This document shows positions 9,766-19,108 of a stretch of DNA of 64,000 nt, piece after piece. The DNA comes from a virus, in the IMG/VR virus record IMGVR_UViG_3300030116_003110, positions 7,910-71,909 of that record; one strand, written 5' to 3'. How positions within the stretch are numbered: position 1 is the stretch's first letter; each line of letters opens with the position of its first letter. The notes beneath the pieces were generated by a model. The model saw only the letters and a list, made by a program, of their open reading frames with translations, ran no database searches and had not been told where the DNA came from. Made by a program: the position numbers and the translations under genes.

Positions 9766-10875
9766 ATGTCCGAACAAGAAATGTATGAAGACATTGAATC
9801 TGTTGAAGAAATTGTTGAGGAAGAAACTCAAGAAGAATCTGAGACAGAAGAAGTGTCTGAAGCAAAAGATGGTGTAGAGACAGAAAAAGCATCTGTTGAT
9901 TCTGTCAAAGCAGCAGCTGGCGCAGTAAAGGGTAGAGCAAAGGTTCCCGGTGGCGAAGCCAATAAGGGCGACCAGAAAATGCCTACTACTAAAGCTGGCA
10001 TGATCAATGCAATGTATTCTGAAATGAATAAGATGAAGAAGTCTGACCTTCAAGCATCTTATGGTAAAATGATGAATGCAATGAAGCATCATGGTATGAA
10101 AGAAGATGTAGATGCAGAAGATGCTACACCAGAAATTCATGAAAAAGCAGCAGCGGTTTCCGTTGATGTAACTGCTGACATGAATGCTCTGGTAGAATCT
10201 GAAGCAACTCTGTCCGAAACCTTTAGAGAAAAAGCAGCTGTAATTATGGAAGCTGCTGTTAAGTCTAAAGTTTCTGAGGAAGTTGCACGCATTGAATCTG
10301 AACTTCAGGAAGAATTTGACGAAGAACTCAAGACCACCCGTGAGGAAATGGTAGAGCAAATCGACGGATACCTGAACTACGTTGTAGAAAAGTTCATGGA
10401 AGAGAACAAGCTTGCTATTGAGCATGGTCTTCGCACTGAACTTGCAGAAGACTTTATGAACGGTCTTAAGAACCTGTTCACTGAGTCTTATGTAGACGTA
10501 CCAGAGTCCAAGGTTGATTTGGTTGATGAGTTAGGCGGCCAGGTTCGTGAACTTGAAGAAAAACTCAACGAAACCACAGAAGAATCTATCCGTATGACTG
10601 GTGAACTGGAAGAACTGAAGCGTGATGCTATCATCCGTGAACATTCCCGTGATCTGGCTGAAACACAGGTAGAGAAGTTGAAAACCCTTGCTGAAGATGT
10701 AGATTTTGAAGATGCAGAAACTTTTGCACAAAAAGTTGCTACCATCAAAGAATCTTACTTCACTAAGAAAACTCCTGAGATTGTAGGAGAACCTGTAGAA
10801 GAAGTAGAAGAGGAAGAAGTTTCTGATTCTATGGCACGCTACATTTCTGCAATCAAAAGAACTGCAAAACAATAA
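9766..10875 (+). CDS. gp22: Prohead core scaffold gp22
   Basis: Acidic coiled coil; YLNYVVEKFMEENKLAIE, IKESYF. Confidence 0.93.
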   Translation: MSEQEMYEDIESVEEIVEEETQEESETEEVSEAKDGVETEKASVDSVKAAAGAVKGRAKVPGGEANKGDQKMPTTKAGMINAMYSEMNKMKKSDLQASYGKMMNAMKHHGMKEDVDAEDATPEIHEKAAAVSVDVTADMNALVESEATLSETFREKAAVIMEAAVKSKVSEEVARIESELQEEFDEELKTTREEMVEQIDGYLNYVVEKFMEENKLAIEHGLRTELAEDFMNGLKNLFTESYVDVPESKVDLVDELGGQVRELEEKLNETTEESIRMTGELEELKRDAIIREHSRDLAETQVEKLKTLAEDVDFEDAETFAQKVATIKESYFTKKTPEIVGEPVEEVEEEEVSDSMARYISAIKRTAKQ

Positions 10876-10897
10876 CCTAAAGGAAGGTGTATAAAAA

Positions 10898-12244
10898 ATG
10901 CAAGCTCCCGTATCTTACGATAAACTCGTAACCAAGTGGGCTCCAGTTCTTAACGAAGAAACTGCTGGCCCAATTTCTGACCATTACCGTAAGCAGGTAA
11001 CTGCTGCGATTCTGGAAAACCAAGAACGTGCTATGCGTGAAGAAGCATCCCAAGCTTCTTTTGGCATGATTTCGGAAGCAGGAACTGACACTGCTAAAGT
11101 TGATAACTTTGATCCAGTACTGATTTCGCTGGTTCGCCGTGCTATGCCAAACCTGATCGCATACGATCTTTGTGGTGTACAGCCAATGACTGGTCCTACT
11201 GGCCTCATCTTTGCGATGAAGTCCAAGTACAAGACCGCTAAGGGTGGTATCGCAGACAGTGAAGAAGCACTGTTCAACGAGCCGCACACTGGTTTCTCGG
11301 CTGACTCCTCGCACAACCAAGACAACTTCCCTGATCCATCTGGTCTGGGCGACTCCGCATTTGCTGGTGACTCCGACATTGATAACGACCGTGTAACTGG
11401 CGGCGCTGGTGCTGGTCTGTCCACTGCTGATGCTGAAGCACTTGGTTCCACTGGTCCTGCTTTCGCAGAGATGGGCTTCACAATCGACAAGGCAACAGTA
11501 ACTGCTAAGTCCCGTGCACTCAAGGCTGAGTACACAATGGAACTGGCACAAGACCTGAAGGCAATCCACGGTCTTGACGCTGAGACAGAACTTGCAAACA
11601 TTCTGTCTGCTGAAATCCTTGCAGAAATCAACCGTGAAGTTGTTCGTACCATTAACTCCCAAGCAAAGACTGGTGCACAAGACGTAACTTCCGGTGCTTC
11701 TACCAAGGGTATCTTTGACCTTCAGACAGACGCTGATGGTCGCTGGTCCGTTGAAAAGTTCAAGGGTCTGATCTTCCAGCTTGAGCGTGAAGCAAACACA
11801 ATTGCAAAAGAAACCCGCCGTGGGCGTGGTAACTTCCTGCTGTGTTCTTCGGACGTAGCATCTGCTCTGGCAGCTGCTGGCATGCTGGACTACACTCCTG
11901 CACTGTCTGCTAACCTCAATGTTGACGATACAGGCAACACCTTCGCTGGTGTCCTGAACGGCAAGATGCGTGTATACATTGACCCATATGCAACTAACGA
12001 TTACGCTACCGTTGGTTACAAGGGTACAAACGCATACGACGCTGGTGTATTCTACTGTCCATACGTTCCATTAACAATGGTTCGTGCGATTGGTGAGAAC
12101 ACCTTCCAGCCAAAGATCGGCTTTAAGACTCGTTACGGCATGGTATCCAACCCATTTGTTGGTTCCACACCTTCCAACGGTCTGGCTACTGCGAAGACAA
12201 ACCAGTACTACAGAATCTTCCGTGTAGACAACATTCTGGCATAA
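10898..12244 (+). CDS. gp23: Major capsid protein gp23
   Basis: GVQPMTGPTGLIFAM, SRALKAEY..ELAQDLKAIHGLDAE, FQPKIGFKTRYG. Confidence 0.98.
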   Translation: MQAPVSYDKLVTKWAPVLNEETAGPISDHYRKQVTAAILENQERAMREEASQASFGMISEAGTDTAKVDNFDPVLISLVRRAMPNLIAYDLCGVQPMTGPTGLIFAMKSKYKTAKGGIADSEEALFNEPHTGFSADSSHNQDNFPDPSGLGDSAFAGDSDIDNDRVTGGAGAGLSTADAEALGSTGPAFAEMGFTIDKATVTAKSRALKAEYTMELAQDLKAIHGLDAETELANILSAEILAEINREVVRTINSQAKTGAQDVTSGASTKGIFDLQTDADGRWSVEKFKGLIFQLEREANTIAKETRRGRGNFLLCSSDVASALAAAGMLDYTPALSANLNVDDTGNTFAGVLNGKMRVYIDPYATNDYATVGYKGTNAYDAGVFYCPYVPLTMVRAIGENTFQPKIGFKTRYGMVSNPFVGSTPSNGLATAKTNQYYRIFRVDNILA

Positions 12245-12263
12245 TAACTATAATAAATGTCAT

Positions 12264-12271
12264 TATAAATA
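12264..12271 (+). promoter_or_regulatory. T4-type late promoter for gp3
   Basis: TATAAATA immediately 5' of the gp23 terminator stem. Confidence 0.75.
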
Positions 12272-12273
12272 CT

Positions 12274-12300
12274 GGGGGAGCCAAAAGCTCCCCCTTTTTT
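12274..12300 (+). terminator. Rho-independent terminator after gp23
   Basis: gggggagc-caaaa-gctccccc followed by a T run. Confidence 0.9.
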
Positions 12301-12313
12301 GTTGGAGATTTAA

Positions 12314-12829
12314 ATGGTAGAAACATTAACGGCAAATAAAAATTACTTACAACCTACCGGGTTTAAAGTTATTATTGACAGAGAGAATTATCCTAACTTG
12401 GAATTCTTTGCACAATCTGTTGATCATCCAGACGTTTCTGTTACTGCACCTAACGTTCCATACTCTCGTATTGGTTCTATTAGTTTACCCGGCGACACTG
12501 TAGACTTTTCACAACTTAATATTCAATTTATTTTGGATGAAGATTTGAAGTCATATCTTGAACTATACAACTGGTTTGAAGATATGGTGAACAAAGACTT
12601 TGCAGAACCCGGTGTTCGTTCTAGAAGATCAACTTCTGAAGTTCCTACACAAGCAGACATTTCTGTTTCTATTCTAACTAGTCACAATAACCAAAGCAAA
12701 AGAATTATGTACAAAGGATGTAGTCCAACTGCTTTGAGTGGTTTGCAATTGACTTCCATTGCATCTAGTGTAGAATACTTAACATTTAACGTATCTTTTG
12801 TATTTAATGGCTTTGAATTTATCGGATAG
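12314..12829 (+). CDS. gp3: Tail tube terminator / tail completion protein gp3
   Basis: NYLQPTGFK, FILDEDLKSYLELYNW, PTALSGL; typical position after gp23 in marine T4-like phages. Confidence 0.85.
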   Translation: MVETLTANKNYLQPTGFKVIIDRENYPNLEFFAQSVDHPDVSVTAPNVPYSRIGSISLPGDTVDFSQLNIQFILDEDLKSYLELYNWFEDMVNKDFAEPGVRSRRSTSEVPTQADISVSILTSHNNQSKRIMYKGCSPTALSGLQLTSIASSVEYLTFNVSFVFNGFEFIG

Positions 12830-12842
12830 TGTGATATAATAT

Positions 12843-13052
12843 ATGAATGATCAGAAACGGTGGTTAGTCTTTTGGGCTAGAACTGTTGGTATGCCTATCG
12901 GAATACATGATGAAGACAAACCGACAGACTTACCTATTAAGATGAGTGATGTATACAGGGCATTATTTTTCAGGACTTTTTGGATAGTCTTACACATACT
13001 GACCTGTATAGCGATTATTGCCGGGAATGGTAGAACATTAGGATTTTGGTAA
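12843..13052 (+). CDS. Small hypothetical membrane protein
   Basis: ORF with C-terminal hydrophobic segment fills the gap between gp3 and uvsY. Confidence 0.6.
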   Translation: MNDQKRWLVFWARTVGMPIGIHDEDKPTDLPIKMSDVYRALFFRTFWIVLHILTCIAIIAGNGRTLGFW

Positions 13053-13069
13053 ACTGAGGATATTATATA

Positions 13070-13519
13070 ATGAAACTAGACCTTAATAGTGTCTTGGAAA
13101 TGTGGAAAGAAGATTGTAAGATTGAGGAATTTAAGTTAGACGAAACGTCTAGACATACTCCATCACTCCACGCAAAATATCTGGAAATACGTTCTCTCAC
13201 TAAACTTAAAATGCAGGAATCTGAACTTGAGCAAAAGGCTTTGCTTAAGAATAAATGGTTGTACTACAATGGTAAGATGGATCAAGAGATGATCCAATCT
13301 TTAGGTTGGGACTTTGATCCCTTTGATGGACTTAAGGTTCTTAAAGGTGACATGGACTATTATTATGATGCTGACACAGACATTCAAAAGTCTGAGGCAA
13401 AGATTGCCTATTATAAAACCATGCTAGATACACTAGATGAAATAATTAATAACTTGAAATGGCGTCACTCAACTATTAAGAATATGATTGACTGGCGAAG
13501 ATTTGAGGCAGGAGGATGA
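13070..13519 (+). CDS. uvsY: Recombination mediator UvsY
   Basis: LHAKYL, WLYYNGK, IKNMIDWRRFEAG. Confidence 0.92.
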   Translation: MKLDLNSVLEMWKEDCKIEEFKLDETSRHTPSLHAKYLEIRSLTKLKMQESELEQKALLKNKWLYYNGKMDQEMIQSLGWDFDPFDGLKVLKGDMDYYYDADTDIQKSEAKIAYYKTMLDTLDEIINNLKWRHSTIKNMIDWRRFEAGG

Positions 13520-13920
13520 GTTACTTGGCTTTATTTGATGATAGGGAATTTATTTCGCATGCTGGTCTTACATTAGGCTGGAAGATTGAAATGGATGCAC
13601 TGTACACAGATGACTGGCGGTGTCTTGCTAAGATGATTATGGAATATGAGAATAGACCATTCCGTGAAGCTGTTGGTATTCCAAGGGGTGGTGTTCGTTT
13701 AGGGCAAATGCTTAACGAGTATGCAACTGGCAATCCAGATGATCCTGTTCTGATTGTAGATGACGTATATACTACAGGCACCAGCATCAGAGAATTTATT
13801 GAAGAAAACTACAAAGGCGAAAATCTTTTTTGCTGGGTAGTTTTTGCTCGCAACGCAATCAATAAACGTCATATTAAAGCATTGTTCCAAATGCCGTCTA
13901 AGTTCAGACCAGAAAAATGA
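13516..13920 (+). CDS. Type I phosphoribosyltransferase (PyrE-like, short)
   Basis: PRPP-binding loop LIVDDVYTTGTS; GIPRGG. Confidence 0.8.
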   Translation: MSYLALFDDREFISHAGLTLGWKIEMDALYTDDWRCLAKMIMEYENRPFREAVGIPRGGVRLGQMLNEYATGNPDDPVLIVDDVYTTGTSIREFIEENYKGENLFCWVVFARNAINKRHIKALFQMPSKFRPEK

Positions 13921-15398
13921 GCGATTTAGTAGTCAGACAAAAAAACTACTCCGCATTACAAATCCAGTGTGAACCCCATGTAGCAAATGAGTTGAATGAC
14001 TTTTTTGCTTTTGAGACACCGGGATACAAGTACATGCCGTCCTATAAGAACGGTAGGTGGGATGGTAAGACACGACTGTTCAATGTTCGCAACAATGAAT
14101 TACCTGTTGGTCTATGGGAATATCTGTCTGATTTTATTAAACCAAGAAACTACACACTTGGTGTAGAGTACGATAATCAGTACGGTACACCAGACGCCAA
14201 ACTCGCAGTTAGACCCAAAGATGTTTATGATTTTATTCAGAAACTAAACTTGCCCTTTGAGGTAAGGGAATATCAGTTTGATGCAGTTTGTCAAGCTCTA
14301 CAGTCCAGACGTGCTATTCTGCTTTCACCTACAGGTTCTGGTAAGTCACTAATCATCTACATCCTAATGATGTGGTATCTGGAACATTATAACAAACGTA
14401 TTCTTATTGTTGTCCCTACTACTGGTCTTGTTCAACAGATGTTCTCTGACTTTGATAACTATGGTCTAGAGGCAGGAGAGGTTTGCCACCGCATCTACTC
14501 TGGTATGCCTAAACATGATATTAAACAGAGAGTTTTCATCTCTACATGGCAGTCAATCTATAAACTGCCTAGTGCTTGGTTTGAACAGTTTGGTTGCATC
14601 TTTGGTGATGAAGTCCACAACTTCAAGGCAAAGTCACTGTCAGGCCTGATGAATAAGTCTAGAGAGGCAGAGTTTCGTATTGGCACAACAGGCACACTAG
14701 ACGGAACACAGACACACAAACTTGTACTAGAAGGTTTATTTGGTAGAGTATATAAAGTTACTACAACTAAAAAACTTATGGATGCAGATACCCTTGCAGA
14801 ACTAAAGATCAACATCCTTGCTCTGAAGTATCCCCCTGAAGTTTGTCGTGATATTATAAATACTAAAGACTACCACTATGAGATTGATTATCTGGTAGGT
14901 AATATCAAACGGAATAGATTGATACAAAACCTAGCATTAGATCAAGAAGGTAATACTCTTGTTCTGTTTCAATATGTAGAAAAGCATGGTAAAGTTATCT
15001 ATGACTTAATCAAGGATAAAGCACATGAACGGCGTAAAGTTTTCTTCGTATCAGGTGAAGTTGATGCTGAAGTCAGAGAAGAAATACGGGGCATTGTTGA
15101 ACAACAGAAAAATGCTATCATTGTGGCTAGCCTTGGTACGTTCTCCACGGGCGTAAATATTCGCAATCTTCACAATATTATTTTTGCATCACCTTCAAAG
15201 TCTCAGGTAAAGGTTTTACAATCTATTGGTAGAGGACTTAGAAAGTCTGAAGATGGTAGACCTACAGTGCTTTATGATATTATGGATGATATGCATCATA
15301 GACAGAAAAAGAACTACACACTCTTACATGGCTTGGAAAGAATGAAGATATATAAGAGAGAAGAGTTTGACTACCAAATCTTTGAGGTAAATTTATGA
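13917..15398 (+). CDS. uvsW: SF2 helicase UvsW
   Basis: SPTGSGKS, DEVH, TTGT, QSIGRGLR. Confidence 0.96.
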   Translation: MSDLVVRQKNYSALQIQCEPHVANELNDFFAFETPGYKYMPSYKNGRWDGKTRLFNVRNNELPVGLWEYLSDFIKPRNYTLGVEYDNQYGTPDAKLAVRPKDVYDFIQKLNLPFEVREYQFDAVCQALQSRRAILLSPTGSGKSLIIYILMMWYLEHYNKRILIVVPTTGLVQQMFSDFDNYGLEAGEVCHRIYSGMPKHDIKQRVFISTWQSIYKLPSAWFEQFGCIFGDEVHNFKAKSLSGLMNKSREAEFRIGTTGTLDGTQTHKLVLEGLFGRVYKVTTTKKLMDADTLAELKINILALKYPPEVCRDIINTKDYHYEIDYLVGNIKRNRLIQNLALDQEGNTLVLFQYVEKHGKVIYDLIKDKAHERRKVFFVSGEVDAEVREEIRGIVEQQKNAIIVASLGTFSTGVNIRNLHNIIFASPSKSQVKVLQSIGRGLRKSEDGRPTVLYDIMDDMHHRQKKNYTLLHGLERMKIYKREEFDYQIFEVNL

Positions 15399-16333
15399 AA
15401 ATATTGATAACCGGCCAGGCTGGTTTCATTGGATATCATTCTGCGTTGGCATTCAATGAGGATGGCTGGGATGTGTTTGGCATAGATAATTTTAATGATT
15501 ATTATGATGTAGGACTGAAACAAGCAAGAGCTAGTGAACTTGATAAGTTGGGTATCAAAACCAAACATGATGATATTAAGAATATCGGTGAAATGGATTT
15601 GTCCGAATATGATATTATTTTACACTTAGCTGCTTATGCCAATCCTAGACATGCATTGAAAACTCCACAACCATATATTGACACAAATATTTCCGGTACT
15701 CAAAAAGTTATTGATGCTGCGACAAAAGCTGGAATTCCAGTAGTGTATGCCTCTAGCAGTTGTGTTATGTTTGGTCAACCCTTGCCTTGGAATGAAGAAG
15801 ACAGGGGAGGCCATCAAAATAATCCGTATGGTTGGTCTAAGTATGTTAATGAATGTCAATTTAAACACTCGGATGTTGTTAGATCAGCAGGCCTAAGATT
15901 TTTTACAGTGTATGGACCTTGGGGTAGACCAGATATGGCGCTTTTTTCTTTCACTGATGCTATAGTTGCAGATGAAGGTATAGAACTTTATAATTATGGT
16001 AATATGAAAAGAGATTTTACTTTTGTTGAGGATATCGTACAAGGTATTCAATTAGTGGTCAAAAAACTTTTGACAAACGAAGCAAGTTATCATGAGATAT
16101 ATAATATTGGATATGGTGATCAAGTTGATCTATTAGAATTTGTGGATGAAATTGAAAAAAATCTAGGTAGAACAACTGAAAAAAAGTTAGTCCCAATGCA
16201 TCCAGCTGACGCACCTGAAACATGGTCTGATACTTCTAAGTTACAAAAATTGGGATATAAACCAAAGACTCCGGTGCGAGTTGGCGTATCTAAATTTATA
16301 GAGTGGTACAAAAATTATTACGGGGTGAACTAA
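15395..16333 (+). CDS. NAD-dependent sugar epimerase (UDP-glucuronate 4-epimerase-like)
   Basis: TGQAGFIG, YxxSK (YGWSK), LRFFTVYGPWGRPDMA, RDFTFVEDIV. Confidence 0.9.
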   Translation: MKILITGQAGFIGYHSALAFNEDGWDVFGIDNFNDYYDVGLKQARASELDKLGIKTKHDDIKNIGEMDLSEYDIILHLAAYANPRHALKTPQPYIDTNISGTQKVIDAATKAGIPVVYASSSCVMFGQPLPWNEEDRGGHQNNPYGWSKYVNECQFKHSDVVRSAGLRFFTVYGPWGRPDMALFSFTDAIVADEGIELYNYGNMKRDFTFVEDIVQGIQLVVKKLLTNEASYHEIYNIGYGDQVDLLEFVDEIEKNLGRTTEKKLVPMHPADAPETWSDTSKLQKLGYKPKTPVRVGVSKFIEWYKNYYGVN

Positions 16334-16336
16334 CTT

Positions 16337-16720
16337 ATGATTGATGATCAAGAAGAAATTCAGTATGAGGAAGATGAACCAAAAGTCTTCAAACTCATTA
16401 CCGGGGAAGAGATTATCACAACTGTTGCAAGAGTAACAGACCATTACTTTATGATTGAAGTTCCTCTAGAGATTAGATACAACTCTATAAAACAATCTCT
16501 TTTCTTAACCAAATGGATGTTTGGTTCTGACTATTCTAAAGTCATGACATTATCAGGTTCTTCTATTGTTTCAGTTTCATCTGCTGAAGGTATTGTTGTA
16601 GAAAATTATTTTGAGTACAGAAGACAGATGACAGAAGAAATGATAGAAGAAGCAGAGGAAGAACATAAAGAAATGCATACTGACCTAGATGAAGAGGACG
16701 TACCACCAACTTTTCATTAG
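16337..16720 (+). CDS. Conserved T4-like hypothetical protein (KLITGEEII, possibly Sm-like)
   Basis: KLITGEEII motif and acidic tail; typical position upstream of gp55. Confidence 0.6.
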   Translation: MIDDQEEIQYEEDEPKVFKLITGEEIITTVARVTDHYFMIEVPLEIRYNSIKQSLFLTKWMFGSDYSKVMTLSGSSIVSVSSAEGIVVENYFEYRRQMTEEMIEEAEEEHKEMHTDLDEEDVPPTFH

Positions 16721-16751
16721 GTATATTCCCCGGGCCCCTAAAACCAATAGG

Positions 16752-16780
16752 ATTATATACTAATATTTTGTATTTGTCAA
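16752..16780 (-). promoter_or_regulatory. Perfect sigma70 promoter on the minus strand with no credible downstream gene
   Basis: Reverse complement reads TTGACA-N17-TATAAT. Confidence 0.75.
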
Positions 16781-16793
16781 CAAAAAAAATGTG

Positions 16794-16822
16794 TTGACTT
16801 TTATGAAATGTTCTAGTATAAT
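16794..16822 (+). promoter_or_regulatory. Sigma70-type promoter for gp55
   Basis: TTGACT-N17-TATAAT. Confidence 0.8.
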
Positions 16823-16851
16823 ACTCGTTATGATTATCAACTAAAGGTATT

Positions 16852-17445
16852 TTGATGAAACGCAAGTCAGAAAATTATATTAACAACAAAGAATTCTCAC
16901 AGGCTGTGTTTTCATATGTGGAAGAATGTAATGAATGTAAAAAGAATGGTAAGGAAGTTCCTATTGTTCCTAACTATGTTGCATTAGGATTCCATCAGAT
17001 TGCAGAAGGTTTATCTCATAGACCAAACTTTATCTCTTACTCCTATAGAGATGAAATGGTTATGGATGCTGTAGAGAATTGTCTTAGAGCAATCCGTAAT
17101 TATAATATTGAGGCTGCCACTCGGACTGGTAACCCTAATGCTTTTGCGTATTTCACACAGATTGCCTACTATGCTTTTCTCAGACGTATCTCTAAAGAAA
17201 AGAAACAACAGGAAATCAAAGACTCATACTTTGAAAATACCTTTGCTGCTGATCTAATTGAAGCATCTTCTAATCAGGATGATACATCTAAGCATATCAC
17301 CCATGCTGCTATTGAGACAGCAAAAATGCGGATGAATGATAATAAAGAGTTGACAGACGACGAATACATTGATATAATTGAAGATACGTTACCAAAAAAA
17401 CGTGTTCGCAAAACAAATGATTCAGACCTAACGGATTTTATCTAA
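16852..17445 (+). CDS. gp55: Late-transcription sigma factor gp55
   Basis: YINNKEF, LSHRPNFISYSYRDEMVMDAVENC, NAFAYFTQIAYYAFLRRI. Confidence 0.96.
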   Translation: MMKRKSENYINNKEFSQAVFSYVEECNECKKNGKEVPIVPNYVALGFHQIAEGLSHRPNFISYSYRDEMVMDAVENCLRAIRNYNIEAATRTGNPNAFAYFTQIAYYAFLRRISKEKKQQEIKDSYFENTFAADLIEASSNQDDTSKHITHAAIETAKMRMNDNKELTDDEYIDIIEDTLPKKRVRKTNDSDLTDFI

Positions 17446-17446
17446 T

Positions 17447-18499
17447 ATGAAGATTGCTATTTTGAACGATACCCATTGTGGCATTCGCAACTCTGGTGAA
17501 ATCTTTCTTGATAACGCTGCAAAATTTTATGATGAAGTATTTTTCCCATATGTAAAAGAGCATAATATTAAACAGATTGTGCACTTGGGTGACTACTATG
17601 ATAACCGTAAGGCTATCAATATCAAAGCATTGAATCATAACCGTAAACATTTTCTGGAACCCATGCGGCAACTTGGTATGCGCATGGATATCATTCCCGG
17701 AAATCATGACACCTATTACAAAGACACAAACAATCCTAATTCATTGAAGGAATTATTGGGTTTCTTTATCAATGAAGTTGCTATCATTGAAAAACCCACA
17801 GTGTTGACATACGATAGTCTCAAGTTTGCCTTGATCCCTTGGATAAATAAGAGTAACTATGAAGAAACTATGGACTTTGTTCGTAGTTGTAAAGCAGACA
17901 TTTTAGGTGGTCACCTTGAACTGAGTGGGTTTGATATGATGCGTGGCCTCAAAAACGAACACGGCATGGACCCCTCTCCGTTCAAAAGGTTTGACATGGT
18001 TTTTTCTGGTCACTACCATACTAAATCTAGTATTGGTAATATTCATTACCTTGGTACTCAGCTGGAATTTTTCTGGTCCGATGCTGGTGACAAAAAGCAC
18101 TTCCATGTTTTAGACACAGAAAGTCGTGAGGTTACTGCAATCCAGAACCCGAATACTCTTTTCAAGAAAATCATTTATAATGATGAAAAGTATGACTACA
18201 ATAGTGTACAAGATTTGACAGATAAGTTTGTCAAAGTCGTAGTTGTGAATAAAACTAATCCATCAATGTTTGAACATTTTATTGATAAAATTCAGGATCA
18301 GAATATTCATGAACTGAAGATTGCAGAAAACTTTGACGATATTCTTTCTGATGTAGATGATGCTAAAGTTTCTCTAGAAGACACTGCTACTCTACTTGAT
18401 AGTTATGTTGAGGCACTAAATACTGATCTTAGTAAAGATAAATTGAAAACTGATATGCGCAGTCTTTATAACCAAGCACAAGCATTGGAATTGGTATGA
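17447..18499 (+). CDS. gp47: Recombination nuclease gp47 (SbcD/Mre11-like)
   Basis: Metallophosphoesterase motifs DTH, LGD, GNHD, GH, SGHYH. Confidence 0.95.
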   Translation: MKIAILNDTHCGIRNSGEIFLDNAAKFYDEVFFPYVKEHNIKQIVHLGDYYDNRKAINIKALNHNRKHFLEPMRQLGMRMDIIPGNHDTYYKDTNNPNSLKELLGFFINEVAIIEKPTVLTYDSLKFALIPWINKSNYEETMDFVRSCKADILGGHLELSGFDMMRGLKNEHGMDPSPFKRFDMVFSGHYHTKSSIGNIHYLGTQLEFFWSDAGDKKHFHVLDTESREVTAIQNPNTLFKKIIYNDEKYDYNSVQDLTDKFVKVVVVNKTNPSMFEHFIDKIQDQNIHELKIAENFDDILSDVDDAKVSLEDTATLLDSYVEALNTDLSKDKLKTDMRSLYNQAQALELV

Positions 18500-18717
18500 A
18501 TAATTACTCTTACAAAAAATTTATTAATCTGGTCAAAGACGCAGATATTATCTATGGAGAAGTTTCTCTTAACGCTGCTACTACAGTCACCGCCAGAGTA
18601 CGCAAGAAGTCTCTGCTAGAACAATTAGAAAATCTTAATCCTGAAAAAATTGTTCTTGGTTTTTATGGAACATTCACTGAAGATAAAAAGGGTCGTAAGA
18701 TACTAAAGGTGCTATAA
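18496..18717 (+). CDS. Hypothetical protein
   Basis: Translationally coupled (ATGA at start, TAATG at end). Confidence 0.65.
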   Translation: MNNYSYKKFINLVKDADIIYGEVSLNAATTVTARVRKKSLLEQLENLNPEKIVLGFYGTFTEDKKGRKILKVL

Positions 18718-18977
18718 TGACAGACGATATTTTTGACTTTGGTTTTACCGCAGTCTCAGAAGAAGAATTAGAAGTTGTCCAGAAGACCGCTGCAAGCGCT
18801 GAAGAAGCTGCTGCTACAGCAACGTCTTATGAGGACAAACTAAACAAGCTCTACAATGCCATTCTCCCTCTACTCTCTAACCTCAAACTTAATCCTGAAA
18901 AGGATTACATTTATTGGCCTAATCGCACAGAGAAGGTTGAAAAATTTGAAGAAATGATTGCTAACATTATCAAATAA
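18717..18977 (+). CDS. Conserved phage hypothetical protein
   Basis: FDFGFTAV...NPEKDYIYWPNR pattern; coupled to previous gene. Confidence 0.7.
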   Translation: MTDDIFDFGFTAVSEEELEVVQKTAASAEEAAATATSYEDKLNKLYNAILPLLSNLKLNPEKDYIYWPNRTEKVEKFEEMIANIIK

Positions 18978-18983
18978 AACTAT

Positions 18984-19058
18984 GCGGGTATAGTATAACG
19001 GCTATTACTACAGCCTTCCAAGCTGAGGATGTCGGTTCGATTCCGTCTACCCGCTCCA
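18984..19058 (+). tRNA. tRNA-Gly (anticodon TCC)
   Basis: GCGGGTA/TACCCGC acceptor stem, anticodon loop CTTCCAA, GGTTCGATTCC T-arm, encoded TCCA end. Confidence 0.95.
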
Positions 19059-19108
19059 CTCTAACACCTTCACCGTAGGGGTAATATCCCTACAAAAAGG
19101 ATATAAAA

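Noticed and set aside
9637-11706. Long minus-strand ORFs (262, 267 and 240 aa) opposite gp22 and gp23
   Set aside because: Antisense shadows of strongly codon-biased core genes; no RBS, promoter or recognisable motifs. The same applies to most short overlapping ORFs in the track.
14855-14862. TATAAATA inside uvsW
   Set aside because: Over 500 nt from the next start in an AT-rich genome; may be chance, so not called as a promoter.
16563-16865. 100-aa minus-strand ORF as the target of the antisense promoter
   Set aside because: Its start lies upstream of the promoter and it spans the promoter elements themselves.
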